Origin: Candidatus Pacearchaeota archaeon CG_4_10_14_0_2_um_filter_35_33
Lineage (GTDB): Archaea > Nanobdellota > Nanobdellia > Pacearchaeales > GW2011-AR1
Assembly: GCA_002792635.1 (NCBI GenBank)
Contig: PFOR01000013.1
Location: 1 to 56,408 of the forward strand
Length of the DNA: 56,408 nt
Reading direction: 5' to 3'
Under the pieces are notes generated by a model, which was not told the DNA's origin, ran no database searches, and saw only the letters and a list, made by a program, of their open reading frames with translations. Below are positions 1 through 9,417 of the stretch, piece after piece. Position numbers and translations under genes: made by a program. Positions within the stretch are counted from its first letter, which is position 1. Every line of letters starts with the position of its first letter.

Positions 1-462
1 TACGAATTCCTCTGGCCTAGCTTCCCATGGGGTCTTTATGTAGGTGCGTTAATTTGGTTAAGCTACATGCTAATGAAGTTAGCGCTAAATATAAACAAGA
101 AAGTTGATAAAGTTCTAGAGCCATTTAAGAGTGATGCTAGACGCCGGAGAGATATAAGAAAACTTCAATCAGGTTGGCTAAACTTAATAGGAGGAAGCTA
201 TTGGAAAATAATTCCTGTCGGGTTAATAATCGCAATTCTTCTACAAGTTCCATTCATTTACACATTCATAAACATAATAACGTTTCAGGTTCTAGGGTTG
301 AATTGGTTCTTCCAAGGAATATTGATGGCATTTTATATTGGCCTTCTTCCTGGGGCAATAGAAGCCTATACTAGATACCGAACAAGAATGCGTTATTACA
401 AAAAGATAATGGAAGCCAAATATGGGGTAAGAATAGCAAGAGGAATGGCGCAAGGCGGATGA
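1..462 (+). CDS. Multi-pass membrane protein, 5'-partial (frame open to window edge); paralog of the next gene
   Basis: Frame 1 has no stop from nt 1 into tracked ORF 67..462. Hydrophobic helices. Aligns with the 459..1007 product (WLNLIGG/WLNFVAG, LLQVPFIYT/LMQVPIIST, IGLLPGAIE/IGYIPAIIE). Confidence 0.5.
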   Translation, partial: YEFLWPSFPWGLYVGALIWLSYMLMKLALNINKKVDKVLEPFKSDARRRRDIRKLQSGWLNLIGGSYWKIIPVGLIIAILLQVPFIYTFINIITFQVLGLNWFFQGILMAFYIGLLPGAIEAYTRYRTRMRYYKKIMEAKYGVRIARGMAQGG

Positions 463-1007
463 ACCTAAAAAAAATATTCTCACTAATTTTTTTGGGACTA
501 ATCTTAATAAACATAGCTTCTGATCAAGAAAATTGGTGGGATAAAACGAAAGGTTTTCTGGGAGAACATGTAGTTGATGTGACAAAAATAGGGCCATTTA
601 TAGGAAACTTCTTCATTGGCTTATTTGCGGGACTAATCCTCTATTTAACATATCTGATAATTTTATGGAAAAGAAGAATAGTTGACTTGAAAAAATCAAA
701 TAAAGATGATGTAGAACTATCAGAAGGTAGGACGAGGTGGCTTAATTTTGTTGCAGGGAGAATCCATAAACCTTTGTTTATAGGAATATTTTTTGCAACT
801 CTAATGCAAGTACCCATAATCAGCACAGTTTTGAAATTTGTTACGTTAGAATATTTTGGCTACTCTTGGTATTCCAGGATGGTTATGCTTGCAATCTTAA
901 TCGGATACATCCCTGCAATAATAGAAAACTTCAGAAAAGGAATGATGAAGAATAAATTAGAAAGAAAGGTAAACCAAGCTAGAGTAGCCGCAACCAGGGC
1001 TAATTAA
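459..1007 (+). CDS. Multi-pass membrane protein, tandem paralog of the previous gene
   Basis: ATGA start/stop overlap with the upstream gene. Three or four hydrophobic segments. Collinear similarity to the upstream product. Confidence 0.5.
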   Translation: MNLKKIFSLIFLGLILINIASDQENWWDKTKGFLGEHVVDVTKIGPFIGNFFIGLFAGLILYLTYLIILWKRRIVDLKKSNKDDVELSEGRTRWLNFVAGRIHKPLFIGIFFATLMQVPIISTVLKFVTLEYFGYSWYSRMVMLAILIGYIPAIIENFRKGMMKNKLERKVNQARVAATRAN

Positions 1008-1777
1008 ATAATAAATTCTCCAACAGACAAAGTTCTTACTTTAGCAGCATTAACTTGTAACTTCTTATTCGCAGAGCCAGTAGAAGGTCTACCCGCACGC
1101 ACCCAAGCCACATAAGAATCTTTAAGTTCTTTCTTTGCCTTATCAAATTCTTTCTGCTTTTCCATTATACAATACATAATTTCAGGAGTAACATTATGGT
1201 TATTTGCCATTTCTTCAAGATCTTTCATTCTATCAGAATTGACTACTATGTTTATCAGATTTCCCGCTCCATTTTTAGCAACATAAGTTGTGCCTTTAGC
1301 AATATTTCCTGCGATTTTACCACTAGCTTTAACAGTATAAATAGAACCATCTCTTAGATTACTATAAAAAGCCTGTATCTTGCCTCTAAGTGTAGATTCA
1401 CCAACAGTAGTCCAATTAAGTCTATTAGGTATACTAGAGTATTCCGGACGTTGTTTAGTAATATACTTAGCACTAGGATCTATAGATTCATATCTATTAG
1501 CATCTGTTACCATATGGATAGTACCTTTTCCAGTACCATAGATAGCACCCCAATTCTTAGCCACAACAGCTCCAGCAGCAGCACCAATAGGCCCATAAGT
1601 GAGCATAAATCCAGTAACAAGACCAAGAGTACCAGCAACTCCAAGATGTTCGACTGTCTTCCCTACAGCCCCTTTAACTAAATTAACAGGACCTCTAAGT
1701 AAAGCATTCCCCTTCTCTTTCTGAAGAGTGGCGTAAGCCTTCTCCTCATCTATTACTTCTTGCATGTAATCTCTCAT
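1004..1777 (-). CDS. Hypothetical protein with a glycine-zipper-like hydrophobic segment
   Basis: Long ORF. Segment GVAGTLGLVTGFMLTYGPIGAAAGAVVAKNWG. BRE/TATA-like gaaaggtttataaag about 30 nt upstream on the minus strand. Confidence 0.5.
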   Translation of the reverse strand: MRDYMQEVIDEEKAYATLQKEKGNALLRGPVNLVKGAVGKTVEHLGVAGTLGLVTGFMLTYGPIGAAAGAVVAKNWGAIYGTGKGTIHMVTDANRYESIDPSAKYITKQRPEYSSIPNRLNWTTVGESTLRGKIQAFYSNLRDGSIYTVKASGKIAGNIAKGTTYVAKNGAGNLINIVVNSDRMKDLEEMANNHNVTPEIMYCIMEKQKEFDKAKKELKDSYVAWVRAGRPSTGSANKKLQVNAAKVRTLSVGEFII

Positions 1778-1896
1778 GTTAAATCCCAGTTTTCTGGCTT
1801 TATAAACCTTTCTATTATGTTACTACTGCTAAATAACATGTTAGACACAAGAAAAAAGCTCCAAATCTTTAAAAGTCTGAAAGCCTTTTCCAAGGC

Positions 1897-2631
1897 ATGA
1901 AAAAGGTATTGGTGGTACTAACCTTGGTCCTATTGGTTGTTCCTTTAATAACTGCCCAGGGCCTTTTTAACCCGGAACTTAAGGAAGACGTAGAAAACAC
2001 TAAGGAAATTATAGACAATGTGAGGGAGACAATAGACGAGATAAAATCAGGCTCTTTAGAACTTAACTCATTGGAAGAAGAATGGTCTCTACTTTTTTAT
2101 GAAACCCCTGCAGGGGAAACAATCCTCTATTTTAATCCATTCATAAGAATAATAATTGGGATGAATTTCACTTTATCACGACTCTTTTTATTAACCCTGT
2201 TTATCTGGGTGGCCTTATTCCTTATAATATATAGGTTGTCCACAATACCATGGGCTTATATCCCAAAAACACCAAGAATCCCAATCAGCATACTATTAAT
2301 CGTAGCATTCAGCTGGATAGGTGGAACAAAAGCAGTATCTTTGTCTATAATGGCTATTGTTAATAGCATATCCTCTGGATTCATAAAAGGATTCACCTTC
2401 ATCATTCTAATCTTCCTTCTATTAGTTATAATAGTATATTCTAAAGCCCTAGAAGAAATAGCCTTAAGAATAAGCAAGGAAAGAAGACTGAAAAAGATAG
2501 AAAAGAGGACTAAACGAACAGAAAAAATGGCAGAAAGCATTGCATTTTCGGGAAGGCAAAAAACCGAAGAGGAAGAAATAGAAGAACAGGTCAGAAGCGA
2601 AATTCAGGGAATGTCTGACGAAGAGCTTTAA
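1897..2631 (+). CDS. Membrane protein with N-terminal signal sequence and acidic/basic C-terminal tail
   Basis: MKKVLVVLTLVLLVVPLITAQG signal-like start, several TM helices, TATA-like ctttaaaag about 25 nt upstream. Confidence 0.5.
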   Translation: MKKVLVVLTLVLLVVPLITAQGLFNPELKEDVENTKEIIDNVRETIDEIKSGSLELNSLEEEWSLLFYETPAGETILYFNPFIRIIIGMNFTLSRLFLLTLFIWVALFLIIYRLSTIPWAYIPKTPRIPISILLIVAFSWIGGTKAVSLSIMAIVNSISSGFIKGFTFIILIFLLLVIIVYSKALEEIALRISKERRLKKIEKRTKRTEKMAESIAFSGRQKTEEEEIEEQVRSEIQGMSDEEL

Positions 2632-3635
2632 AACAAAGTCTTCTGAGCTGCCTTTCCCCTTCCCTTTCTCAGTTTTTCAAGTTGCTTCTCCACTCTTTCA
2701 GGAGAAAAATCATGCCTTTCAACTAAAATCTCCTTGATTTTTGCCTCATCAATTTTAGGAAAATCTATCTTAACTTTCGCAACATTCGGCTTCTTAAAAA
2801 TCTCAAAGACCTCTTGCCAATTAAAATCCAATTTCTCCTCAACTTCCTTAAAAATTGCAACGGGATACTTCTTATCCTTCACTAACGCCAATGCCCTTTT
2901 AGGCCCTATCCCTGAAACGCCACCCTGATTAAAATCAGTTCCCGACAATATTGCTAAACAAATAAACTGGTCTGCATCTATCCCAAGTCCATTTAAGACT
3001 TTTTCATACTCAATCATTTCCGGACCTATATCAATAATGCCTGAATTAACCTTTCTTTTTTTAGCAAGAGTAAGGTTCTGTATCAATCTTTTACCTCCAA
3101 CAACCAATGCATCATAATCCTGACTTCCAACTGCCCATGCCTCTCCAGATTTAACCAGCTCTGCACACTGCATTTCTCCTTCTCCCGGAGCTTGAACAAC
3201 AGCAATACCCATTGCTTCTAATAATTCCATACTCTCTTCCAACATTCCTTCTTCCATCCTAACTCCCTGCTTAGCATACCTTCCAGCTTCGACAAAATCA
3301 CCCTTAATTATCGCTCTCTCATATCTCTCTTGGGCAACATCCTTAGATTCTTGTCTTCTCTCCTTTGTCTTACTCTTCAACTCCGGAGACTTTCCATCGA
3401 AAACATAAATCAATTTCATCCCCTCATTTAATAAATTAACATTTCTATAAAACAAACCAGAAAGATGTGAGGTTACTTTCCCTTTAGAATCCATTAAAGG
3501 AGTCCCATCATACTGCCTGATTGAAGAAAGAAACTGATAAATAGCATTATAAGCATCAACAGCTATCGTTTTTCCCCTTAAGTCCTCCAGCTTAATCCCT
3601 CTTCTAGAAACGATATCTCCTATCTGCAATCCCAT
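2628..3635 (-). CDS. fen: Flap endonuclease 1 (FEN-1)
   Basis: MGLQIGDIV..KTIAVDAYNAIYQFLSSIR..GTPLMDSKGKVTSHLSGLFYRNVNL..YVFDGK. XPG-N/XPG-I layout and length typical of archaeal FEN-1. Confidence 0.95.
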   Translation of the reverse strand: MGLQIGDIVSRRGIKLEDLRGKTIAVDAYNAIYQFLSSIRQYDGTPLMDSKGKVTSHLSGLFYRNVNLLNEGMKLIYVFDGKSPELKSKTKERRQESKDVAQERYERAIIKGDFVEAGRYAKQGVRMEEGMLEESMELLEAMGIAVVQAPGEGEMQCAELVKSGEAWAVGSQDYDALVVGGKRLIQNLTLAKKRKVNSGIIDIGPEMIEYEKVLNGLGIDADQFICLAILSGTDFNQGGVSGIGPKRALALVKDKKYPVAIFKEVEEKLDFNWQEVFEIFKKPNVAKVKIDFPKIDEAKIKEILVERHDFSPERVEKQLEKLRKGRGKAAQKTLF

Positions 3636-3669
3636 ACAAAACCCTATAATCCTAAGCTAATAAATTTAA

Positions 3670-4074
3670 TTATTTCCAACTCTGCATATGTCTTTGAGCA
3701 GCTCTTCTTGTCTTCCTGTAAACATTTCCAATTCTGGCATTACTGGCTTCTTCTATTTGAATTCTTTTACCGCCATTAATCTTCACATAATCATATCCTG
3801 ATTCTTTCAAAATTTCTCTTTTAGTTCCTGTTCCCATAAAGAGATTTTCCGGATTCAAATCGCTCTCTCTTTCCCTGACAAGTTTCATAAACAAATGATA
3901 ATCAATTTGCCTTCCTGATTTTCTCCGTCCTATTACATAAGAATCAGCCTGTCTCTCTTCTTCATAGTTATCTGGATGAATCCCCGCATTCATCATTTTT
4001 ATATCTTCCGGACTAACTCCTCTCGAAGTTATTCTATTGTAAGTCTGTAAATCCTTTTTGTTCATAAAAAGCAA
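3670..4074 (-). CDS. Hypothetical basic protein (likely start at MNKKD, nt 4065)
   Basis: ORF only; no motif recognised. Confidence 0.4.
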   Translation of the reverse strand: MLFMNKKDLQTYNRITSRGVSPEDIKMMNAGIHPDNYEEERQADSYVIGRRKSGRQIDYHLFMKLVRERESDLNPENLFMGTGTKREILKESGYDYVKINGGKRIQIEEASNARIGNVYRKTRRAAQRHMQSWK

Positions 4075-4407
4075 AAAAATACCATTATTTAAACCTTTCT
4101 TTTGTTCCCCCTGTTTAATAACAATTAAAAATAATACCCTTTTTTTCGGAGGAACATTATTTTCTATGCTCGATTCCTTACATACTCTTTTGCCTGCTCA
4201 ACCTGTATAAATCCAAGGCAGAAAGCAAGCTTGCAAGAACTTCATAAATGCCTTCTTAATACAATAAACCAATTAAGTCCTTGATTTTTTCGTATTAGTT
4301 TATCATTAGTGGAACAATTAAGCCACTGAAGAATTTAATCGGTCTGCCCTTAACCTTACTTTCGGATTATTCCTGAAGAACAATCTTTCAGAAACTCCCT
4401 ATTTGCA

Positions 4408-5187
4408 CTACTTCCACTCGCATTCCTGACCAAAACCAAAAGCACCATCACAGTTACATTTGATTTCAATAAAATTATAATATCCTCCTCTACGTGCATT
4501 TTCTACACATGCCCTTCTCTGTCCTTGCTGAGACTTTTCACAGGGTTTACCAAGCATATTTGGAATATCTGAATCTGAACAGCGGGGTGCTAACCAGGGG
4601 TTCCTGTTGCAATATTTTAAATCCCAATCCTTATAATAATCTCTACAAAGAGTATTTTTTATCCAGTGTTCCCGATTCAAATTATTCCATTCATCAAGCG
4701 TCATACAGAAATATTCATTAGTTTGTGGCTCAACTACGCAAACCCATTCCTGACCCTCATCATCTATATATCTTATTGAATTAATAGCATGTGAATCAAA
4801 CGCAAGTATTTGGCAAGAAGTAATCTCTTTAATATCTCTTGTTTCCTTACAGAAATCAAACGCAAAATGTGTACATACATAATCGGGAGAGTTATAATCT
4901 TTGTTATTTTTCGGCGGCAATGTAGGGGTTACAGGAGATTTAGGAAAACCACCAACAGACCCATATATCTCACATCCATTATCTAAATCATTAGGACTAG
5001 AATTAACAGGTATGGAATCAGGATGACCAGGCCCCCTTGATAGCATCACATTTTCTTCAGGCAGATAAACCACGCCTAACAGAATAATCGCAGCTACAAC
5101 CGCGATAATTAAAAATATATTTCTGTTCGCCATCTCTTTTCCATAATATGAAAGCTTAGCCAAGTTATAAATGTTTATATATGCCAA
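4408..5187 (-). CDS. Secreted/anchored cysteine-rich protein (about 16 Cys)
   Basis: Signal-anchor NIFLIIAVVAAIILLGVVYL (probable start MANRN at 5133) followed by a Cys-rich domain ending CNCDGAFGFGQECEW. Confidence 0.5.
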   Translation of the reverse strand: MAYINIYNLAKLSYYGKEMANRNIFLIIAVVAAIILLGVVYLPEENVMLSRGPGHPDSIPVNSSPNDLDNGCEIYGSVGGFPKSPVTPTLPPKNNKDYNSPDYVCTHFAFDFCKETRDIKEITSCQILAFDSHAINSIRYIDDEGQEWVCVVEPQTNEYFCMTLDEWNNLNREHWIKNTLCRDYYKDWDLKYCNRNPWLAPRCSDSDIPNMLGKPCEKSQQGQRRACVENARRGGYYNFIEIKCNCDGAFGFGQECEWK

Positions 5188-5627
5188 AACCTTACAATTT
5201 TATGGTAAACAAACTCTCAGCAGTAGTTTTGGCCAGCTCTCTTGCAATAGGCTGTACAAAGGATGATGGTTATAAACCTATGATTAGCCCAAACTCTGCT
5301 CTGGATCCTTGTCCGATATGCAGAGAGATAAATTCTGAAACAATAGAGTCTAGGGTAGGAACCTATGAGGACTATTCTGTAAAAGTAGTAATCAAAGAAA
5401 GTAGGTGGGGAGAGCCGATAGGTAAAAGGCAAAGGGCACACAGAATTAACCTTGGGGATTATCAGAATAACGCTCTTGTAGCAGAAATTCGTGCTAGAAC
5501 AGAATGGGGAAAGGAAGATTTTAATATATACTTCTCTAAATCCCCTAAACGCCATCCATTCCGCCAATACACTCCTAAAAAGCTAAAAGAAATCTACGAT
5601 TTAATAATGGATCAGGATAAAAAATAA
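5181..5627 (+). CDS. Putative lipoprotein
   Basis: Lipobox-like VVLASSLAIGC near the N-terminus (probable start MVNKL at 5202). Confidence 0.45.
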   Translation: MPKPYNFMVNKLSAVVLASSLAIGCTKDDGYKPMISPNSALDPCPICREINSETIESRVGTYEDYSVKVVIKESRWGEPIGKRQRAHRINLGDYQNNALVAEIRARTEWGKEDFNIYFSKSPKRHPFRQYTPKKLKEIYDLIMDQDKK

Positions 5628-5647
5628 TTCTTTCAATTAACCTGGGC

Positions 5648-5995
5648 TTAATTAGAAATTACGTAATGAACGAGCTGGTCAAGTATCCAGCATTCATCTT
5701 TTCTTCTGACAGCGTTTTCTACCTCTTTTATCTTCTTTAACTTTTTAGAGTTTGCAAGCACTTCCAACTTTATATAATCCACAAATATCCTAACGCCTGC
5801 TTTATAGACTATTTTATTAGAGACACACCAGAAACCTGTGGGCTTTAGCCATAGATGAATGGCGCCGTAATCTTTTTCTTTTGGAAGAATTAAAAAAGTT
5901 CTTGCGTGTTTGAACTTTTGGATGCTCAAGGTTGCATTCATTCTTGCACTAAAGTACATGGTTTTCCGCATCGGCAACCTTGACATAAAAAACAA
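5648..5995 (-). CDS. Hypothetical protein; its 5' region is repeated at nucleotide level at 9197..9251
   Basis: ORF only. The start region carries a 10-bp inverted repeat. See findings. Confidence 0.3.
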   Translation of the reverse strand: MFFMSRLPMRKTMYFSARMNATLSIQKFKHARTFLILPKEKDYGAIHLWLKPTGFWCVSNKIVYKAGVRIFVDYIKLEVLANSKKLKKIKEVENAVRRKDECWILDQLVHYVISN

Positions 5996-5998
5996 ATT

Positions 5999-6349
5999 CT
6001 ATTTTTTACTTCCTTTCATAAACTGAGCTAGTCTCATTGGCATCATGATTAAAGCAATCAGAATTCCAAACAGTAGAACATAAATTCCTGTGAGAATTTT
6101 TCCTACTCCGATTAATTTTAGCCTCAATAGCTCTGAAGGAAAGTTCTTTATCTCAACAAGTTCCCGATTTAATTCAGAACCAGCGGGAGCCATATCTCTT
6201 TCTGTCTTTGAAAGTGTCCAATATTCGGAATTTAGTTCGTGGAACCGTGCTTCTTGGTTGTTGACCTGTGCATGCATCTGGACTCCCCAAATGGAGTAGA
6301 CCAAAGAGACCAGCATTATCAACATCATCAAAATCATTATTGGCTTCAT
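5999..6349 (-). CDS. Two-TM membrane protein
   Basis: N-terminal and C-terminal hydrophobic helices flank a soluble loop. Directly abuts the downstream ORF. Confidence 0.45.
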   Translation of the reverse strand: MKPIMILMMLIMLVSLVYSIWGVQMHAQVNNQEARFHELNSEYWTLSKTERDMAPAGSELNRELVEIKNFPSELLRLKLIGVGKILTGIYVLLFGILIALIMMPMRLAQFMKGSKK

Positions 6350-6592
6350 TTTACACCTCCTTTATCATATGTAATCAAATGATGTTTTTAAGCTTTGAGT
6401 TAACTCGGTTGTTATCTTTTTCTTATAATTTAGCCCATTTACGAGCATAAATAATTACCCAAACACCAATAATATGATGAGTGATATCATACATTAAATC
6501 AATAGTCAATCCGTCGCCGGCAGCGAAATGGAAAATCTGGCGTGCAACAAAAAGTAGCATGTAAATTATACTAACACTATTAACAGTTTTAT

Positions 6593-6775
6593 CTATAACA
6601 TAGCAAAATAAAATATAACTCCGAGAAAATCGTTACGTATGATAAATATCTTTGACCATTTGCTTTCTGTAACAACGCGGCAGTCATGGTTCATTGGACA
6701 TACCAGAGGTTTCTTTTTGTAATGTTTCAAAACTAAATAGATTGAATTAATTATACCAATAAAAGATAAAACCAA
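6593..6775 (-). pseudogene. VKOR-like (vitamin K epoxide reductase family) N-terminal fragment, truncated or frameshifted
   Basis: TM1 plus loop pattern VCPMNHDCRVVTESKWSKIFIIRNDFLGVIFY (C-x6-C..V..S). No CxxC-containing second half. The ORF continues only in another frame (6424..6590). Confidence 0.3.
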
Positions 6776-6803
6776 GAAGGATGCAATTAATTACACCATT
6801 ATT

Positions 6804-7181
6804 TTACATCCTCTTGTAAGATAAAATCATTAGAGCAATTGCTGAAAAGAGTATTGCAATATCTCTAAAAACAATATCGAGCGCCCCAAGATTAGAGATG
6901 ACAATACCTAATATTGTTAGAGCAGATAACAAAGAGGCGTAGAAGACAGTTTTATTGGAAAGAAGCCAGAGTCCTAAAATAATTTCATAAAATGAAAAGG
7001 CGAAAAGCAACAAATTAGCATCAATTAAATTTCTTAAGAATAGAGGTATGAATCCAATCCATGAGGAAGGACTAAGAAATGAGGATATTGCCGCATATAA
7101 AAAAACCAATGCGAGTCCTACTCTTAAAAAGAAAGAGACTAAGCAAACCTTACTTTCTATAGCACTTATCTTCTTACTCAT
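6804..7181 (-). CDS. DoxX-family membrane protein
   Basis: About 125 aa with four TM helices. LRVGLALVFLYAAISSF.. pattern typical of DoxX. Confidence 0.55.
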   Translation of the reverse strand: MSKKISAIESKVCLVSFFLRVGLALVFLYAAISSFLSPSSWIGFIPLFLRNLIDANLLLFAFSFYEIILGLWLLSNKTVFYASLLSALTILGIVISNLGALDIVFRDIAILFSAIALMILSYKRM

Positions 7182-7211
7182 TATAGAACCTCTTTTAACA
7201 GTTTCGGTAAC

Positions 7212-7700
7212 TTACCCAACAATTATCGTTCCGCCAGAACCTGGATTAAGATGGTCATGATATTTCCAGCTTCCCGCTTCATTAAATGTAAATGAGTAAC
7301 TTTCTCCTTGCCTTAAACCGCGACAAGCATCAAAAATATTACTTTCTTCAGCACCACCACATTTACTAATACCAGAGCCGGGATAAACCGTGTGGGTTGG
7401 ATGAATATTACTCGCTGGCCAGCTCTGAGAAGAACCCAGATTAGTAAAAGTTACTCTGTCGCCTATGTTTACATTCAAAGTCGAAGGAGAAAATCCAGAA
7501 GAAGTAATTGTTATTGTATTTGATTCTTTAGAGTTATCCGGATTTACTGGCTGGGAGGGTTCTGAATTTTCTGAATTGGGCGTTATTCCAGATGACGAAC
7601 TAGAGCCACTATTAGAATTGAAGCTTCCGAACAAAACAAATCCTCCAACAAATAAGATAATTGCAAGGACGACAATAATTATTAAAACACCACTCTTCAT
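7212..7700 (-). CDS. Secreted cupredoxin-like domain protein
   Basis: Signal anchor, Ser/Pro linker, then ITITSSGFSPSTLNVNIGDRVTFTN..WKYHDHLNPGSGGTIIVG beta-sandwich pattern. Confidence 0.6.
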   Translation of the reverse strand: MKSGVLIIIVVLAIILFVGGFVLFGSFNSNSGSSSSSGITPNSENSEPSQPVNPDNSKESNTITITSSGFSPSTLNVNIGDRVTFTNLGSSQSWPASNIHPTHTVYPGSGISKCGGAEESNIFDACRGLRQGESYSFTFNEAGSWKYHDHLNPGSGGTIIVG

Positions 7701-7719
7701 TTGAAATGTAAGATGTAGA

Positions 7720-7736
7720 GATATATAAACTTTTCC
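7720..7736 (-). promoter_or_regulatory. BRE/TATA-like promoter of the cupredoxin-like gene
   Basis: Minus-strand ggaaaagtttatatatc, centred about 25 nt from ATG 7700. Same motif recurs before other genes. Confidence 0.4.
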
Positions 7737-7956
7737 TAAATTTTTGATTTTGAATCATGATAATTTTGTTAGTCAAAATATTTATTTGTTAGAAAAATGA
7801 TAACTCCGTTTACGGATAGCTTAAATACTAAAAAGCAATATGAACTTTGAGTTGTTGGAACAACGAAATACAAAAGTGGCCCTTGTCTGTAAATCAAACA
7901 AAGCAGGAATGTGCCAAGGACAGAAAATGAAAAAAATCAAATCTGAGAAGAAGCAA

Positions 7957-8071
7957 TTAAAACTCAGAGAATCCTTTGACTACCCCCGGCTTTAGCTCGG
8001 CGTGTGCAATTGGTTCTCGGCAGTGCTCAAGAGCCAGAAACGCCATACACTTTAGTGTATAGTTCTTGACA
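7957..8071 (+). repeat. Copy 1 of a 114-nt direct repeat (GC-rich core with hairpin)
   Basis: 4 mismatches against 10739..10853. Ends at the ATG of the DUF3179 gene. Confidence 0.95.
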
Positions 8072-9126
8072 TGTTACATAATAAGATGAAAAAAATAAAT
8101 AAGACCTATTGGACATCTGCAATTTTGATTTTGTTAGTTTTAGCTGTCCTTATAGCATTGAATTTCAATTCGGATAACAATATGGAAAAAACCATAAATT
8201 ATGAAAGCGATAATTCAGATTTAAAAACTTTGTCAGATGGAACTAAGTATTTGATAAATCCTGATAAAATTAAATCTGGAGGACCTCCGAGAGGAGGAAT
8301 TGGAGTTGACAGAGGAATCCCTGCACTTGCAGAAAAAAATATTAAATTTGTTTCTGTGAATGAGTCAGATAAATGGATAAAAGATAATGAATTAGTCCTT
8401 GCTCTAACTTACAATGGAGTTGAAAGAGTTTATCCGTTGCAAATACTTGTCTGGCATGAAATAATAAATGATAATGTTGCAGGAGACCCAATTTTAATAA
8501 CTTACTGCCCCTTATGTGGCTCTGGGATTGCTTATGAAAGAAAAATAGACTTAAATGGAGAAAAGGTTGAAACAAGATTTGGTACATCTGGAAAACTCTA
8601 TAATTCAAATCTTGTAATGTATGACAAGGAAACAGACACTTACTGGCAGCAGATAGATGGAAAAGCAATTGTTGGAACATTAACAGGACAGGAGCTAAAA
8701 GAGATTTCAATTGATACAGTAGTTTGGAGAGACTGGAAGAAAACTCATAAAAATTCAGAAGTTTTAAGCAAAGACACTGGATTTTCAAGACAATACGGAA
8801 AAGACCCATATGGAAATTACTATGAGGATAGCTTCCTTTTGTTTGATGTTGACTCTCAGGATGATAGGATACATCCAAAAACAGTCGTTTTTGGCATTGA
8901 GGTAAACGGAATTTACAAAGCATACAGAGAAAATGATTTAATTGCTGAAAAAATAATAAATGATAAAATAGGCGGAATCAATGTTAGAATTGAACGAGAA
9001 GATGAAGGTGTTGTTAAGATTACAAATCTAAACACAGGAGAAGAAATAGTGAAGGAAAGAGATTTTTGGTTTGCATGGTACGCCTTTCATCCGGAAACAA
9101 AACTTTATGGATTTGCTGAAAACTAA
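8071..9126 (+). CDS. DUF3179-family secreted protein
   Basis: YPLQILVWHEIINDNVAGDPILITYCPLCGSGIAYERK..RFGTSGKLYNSNLVMYDKETDTYWQQ. Signal anchor at the N-terminus. Confidence 0.8.
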   Translation: MLHNKMKKINKTYWTSAILILLVLAVLIALNFNSDNNMEKTINYESDNSDLKTLSDGTKYLINPDKIKSGGPPRGGIGVDRGIPALAEKNIKFVSVNESDKWIKDNELVLALTYNGVERVYPLQILVWHEIINDNVAGDPILITYCPLCGSGIAYERKIDLNGEKVETRFGTSGKLYNSNLVMYDKETDTYWQQIDGKAIVGTLTGQELKEISIDTVVWRDWKKTHKNSEVLSKDTGFSRQYGKDPYGNYYEDSFLLFDVDSQDDRIHPKTVVFGIEVNGIYKAYRENDLIAEKIINDKIGGINVRIEREDEGVVKITNLNTGEEIVKERDFWFAWYAFHPETKLYGFAEN

Positions 9127-9417
9127 AATTTTAAGCTTTCCGCAAGAAATCCTTGGCTTTCAAGCCAATGAATTATGACAATTATTTCTGAAATGATTAT
9201 GTCAAGGTTGTCTGAGCATTCAAGGGTTCAAACACGCAAGAACTTTTTTATTTTTTCTTTTCCACTCAATTTATCAAAGGAATTAAGACATTCATTAGTT
9301 TTATACAGGTCACTATTCAACAATGGTGGTTTTTCATGTTTATTCCAATAGGAATAATGCTTCTCCCCATATATCTTATTTAGCTTCTAAAAAAGAATAA
9401 GGAAAAGCGAATTATTT

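Noticed and set aside
4075-4407. 333-nt gap as a hidden ncRNA or mobile remnant
   Set aside because: I could find no repeat, stable hairpin, tRNA-like fold or conserved box by eye. Left unassigned.
7957-8071. 114-nt repeat as an H/ACA or C/D box sRNA
   Set aside because: The hairpin is followed by ACA, but the lower stem is only 5 bp and the 3' side of the pocket only 3 nt. No C (RUGAUGA) or D (CUGA) boxes are present.
8342-8923. 193-aa minus-strand ORF inside the DUF3179 gene. Similar antisense or shadow ORFs occur at 174..374, 292..597, 641..826, 1451..1681, 2256..2540, 9503..10015, 11618..12417, 18918..20157, 25083..25886, 26252..27028, 27425..27787, 38822..39747, 44828..45603, 49896..50935, 52128..52523, 54398..55241 and 56016..56254
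   Set aside because: All lie inside and opposite or out of frame to ORFs with strong family motifs. Their products are low-complexity, Leu/Phe/Ser-rich translations typical of AT-rich antisense frames.
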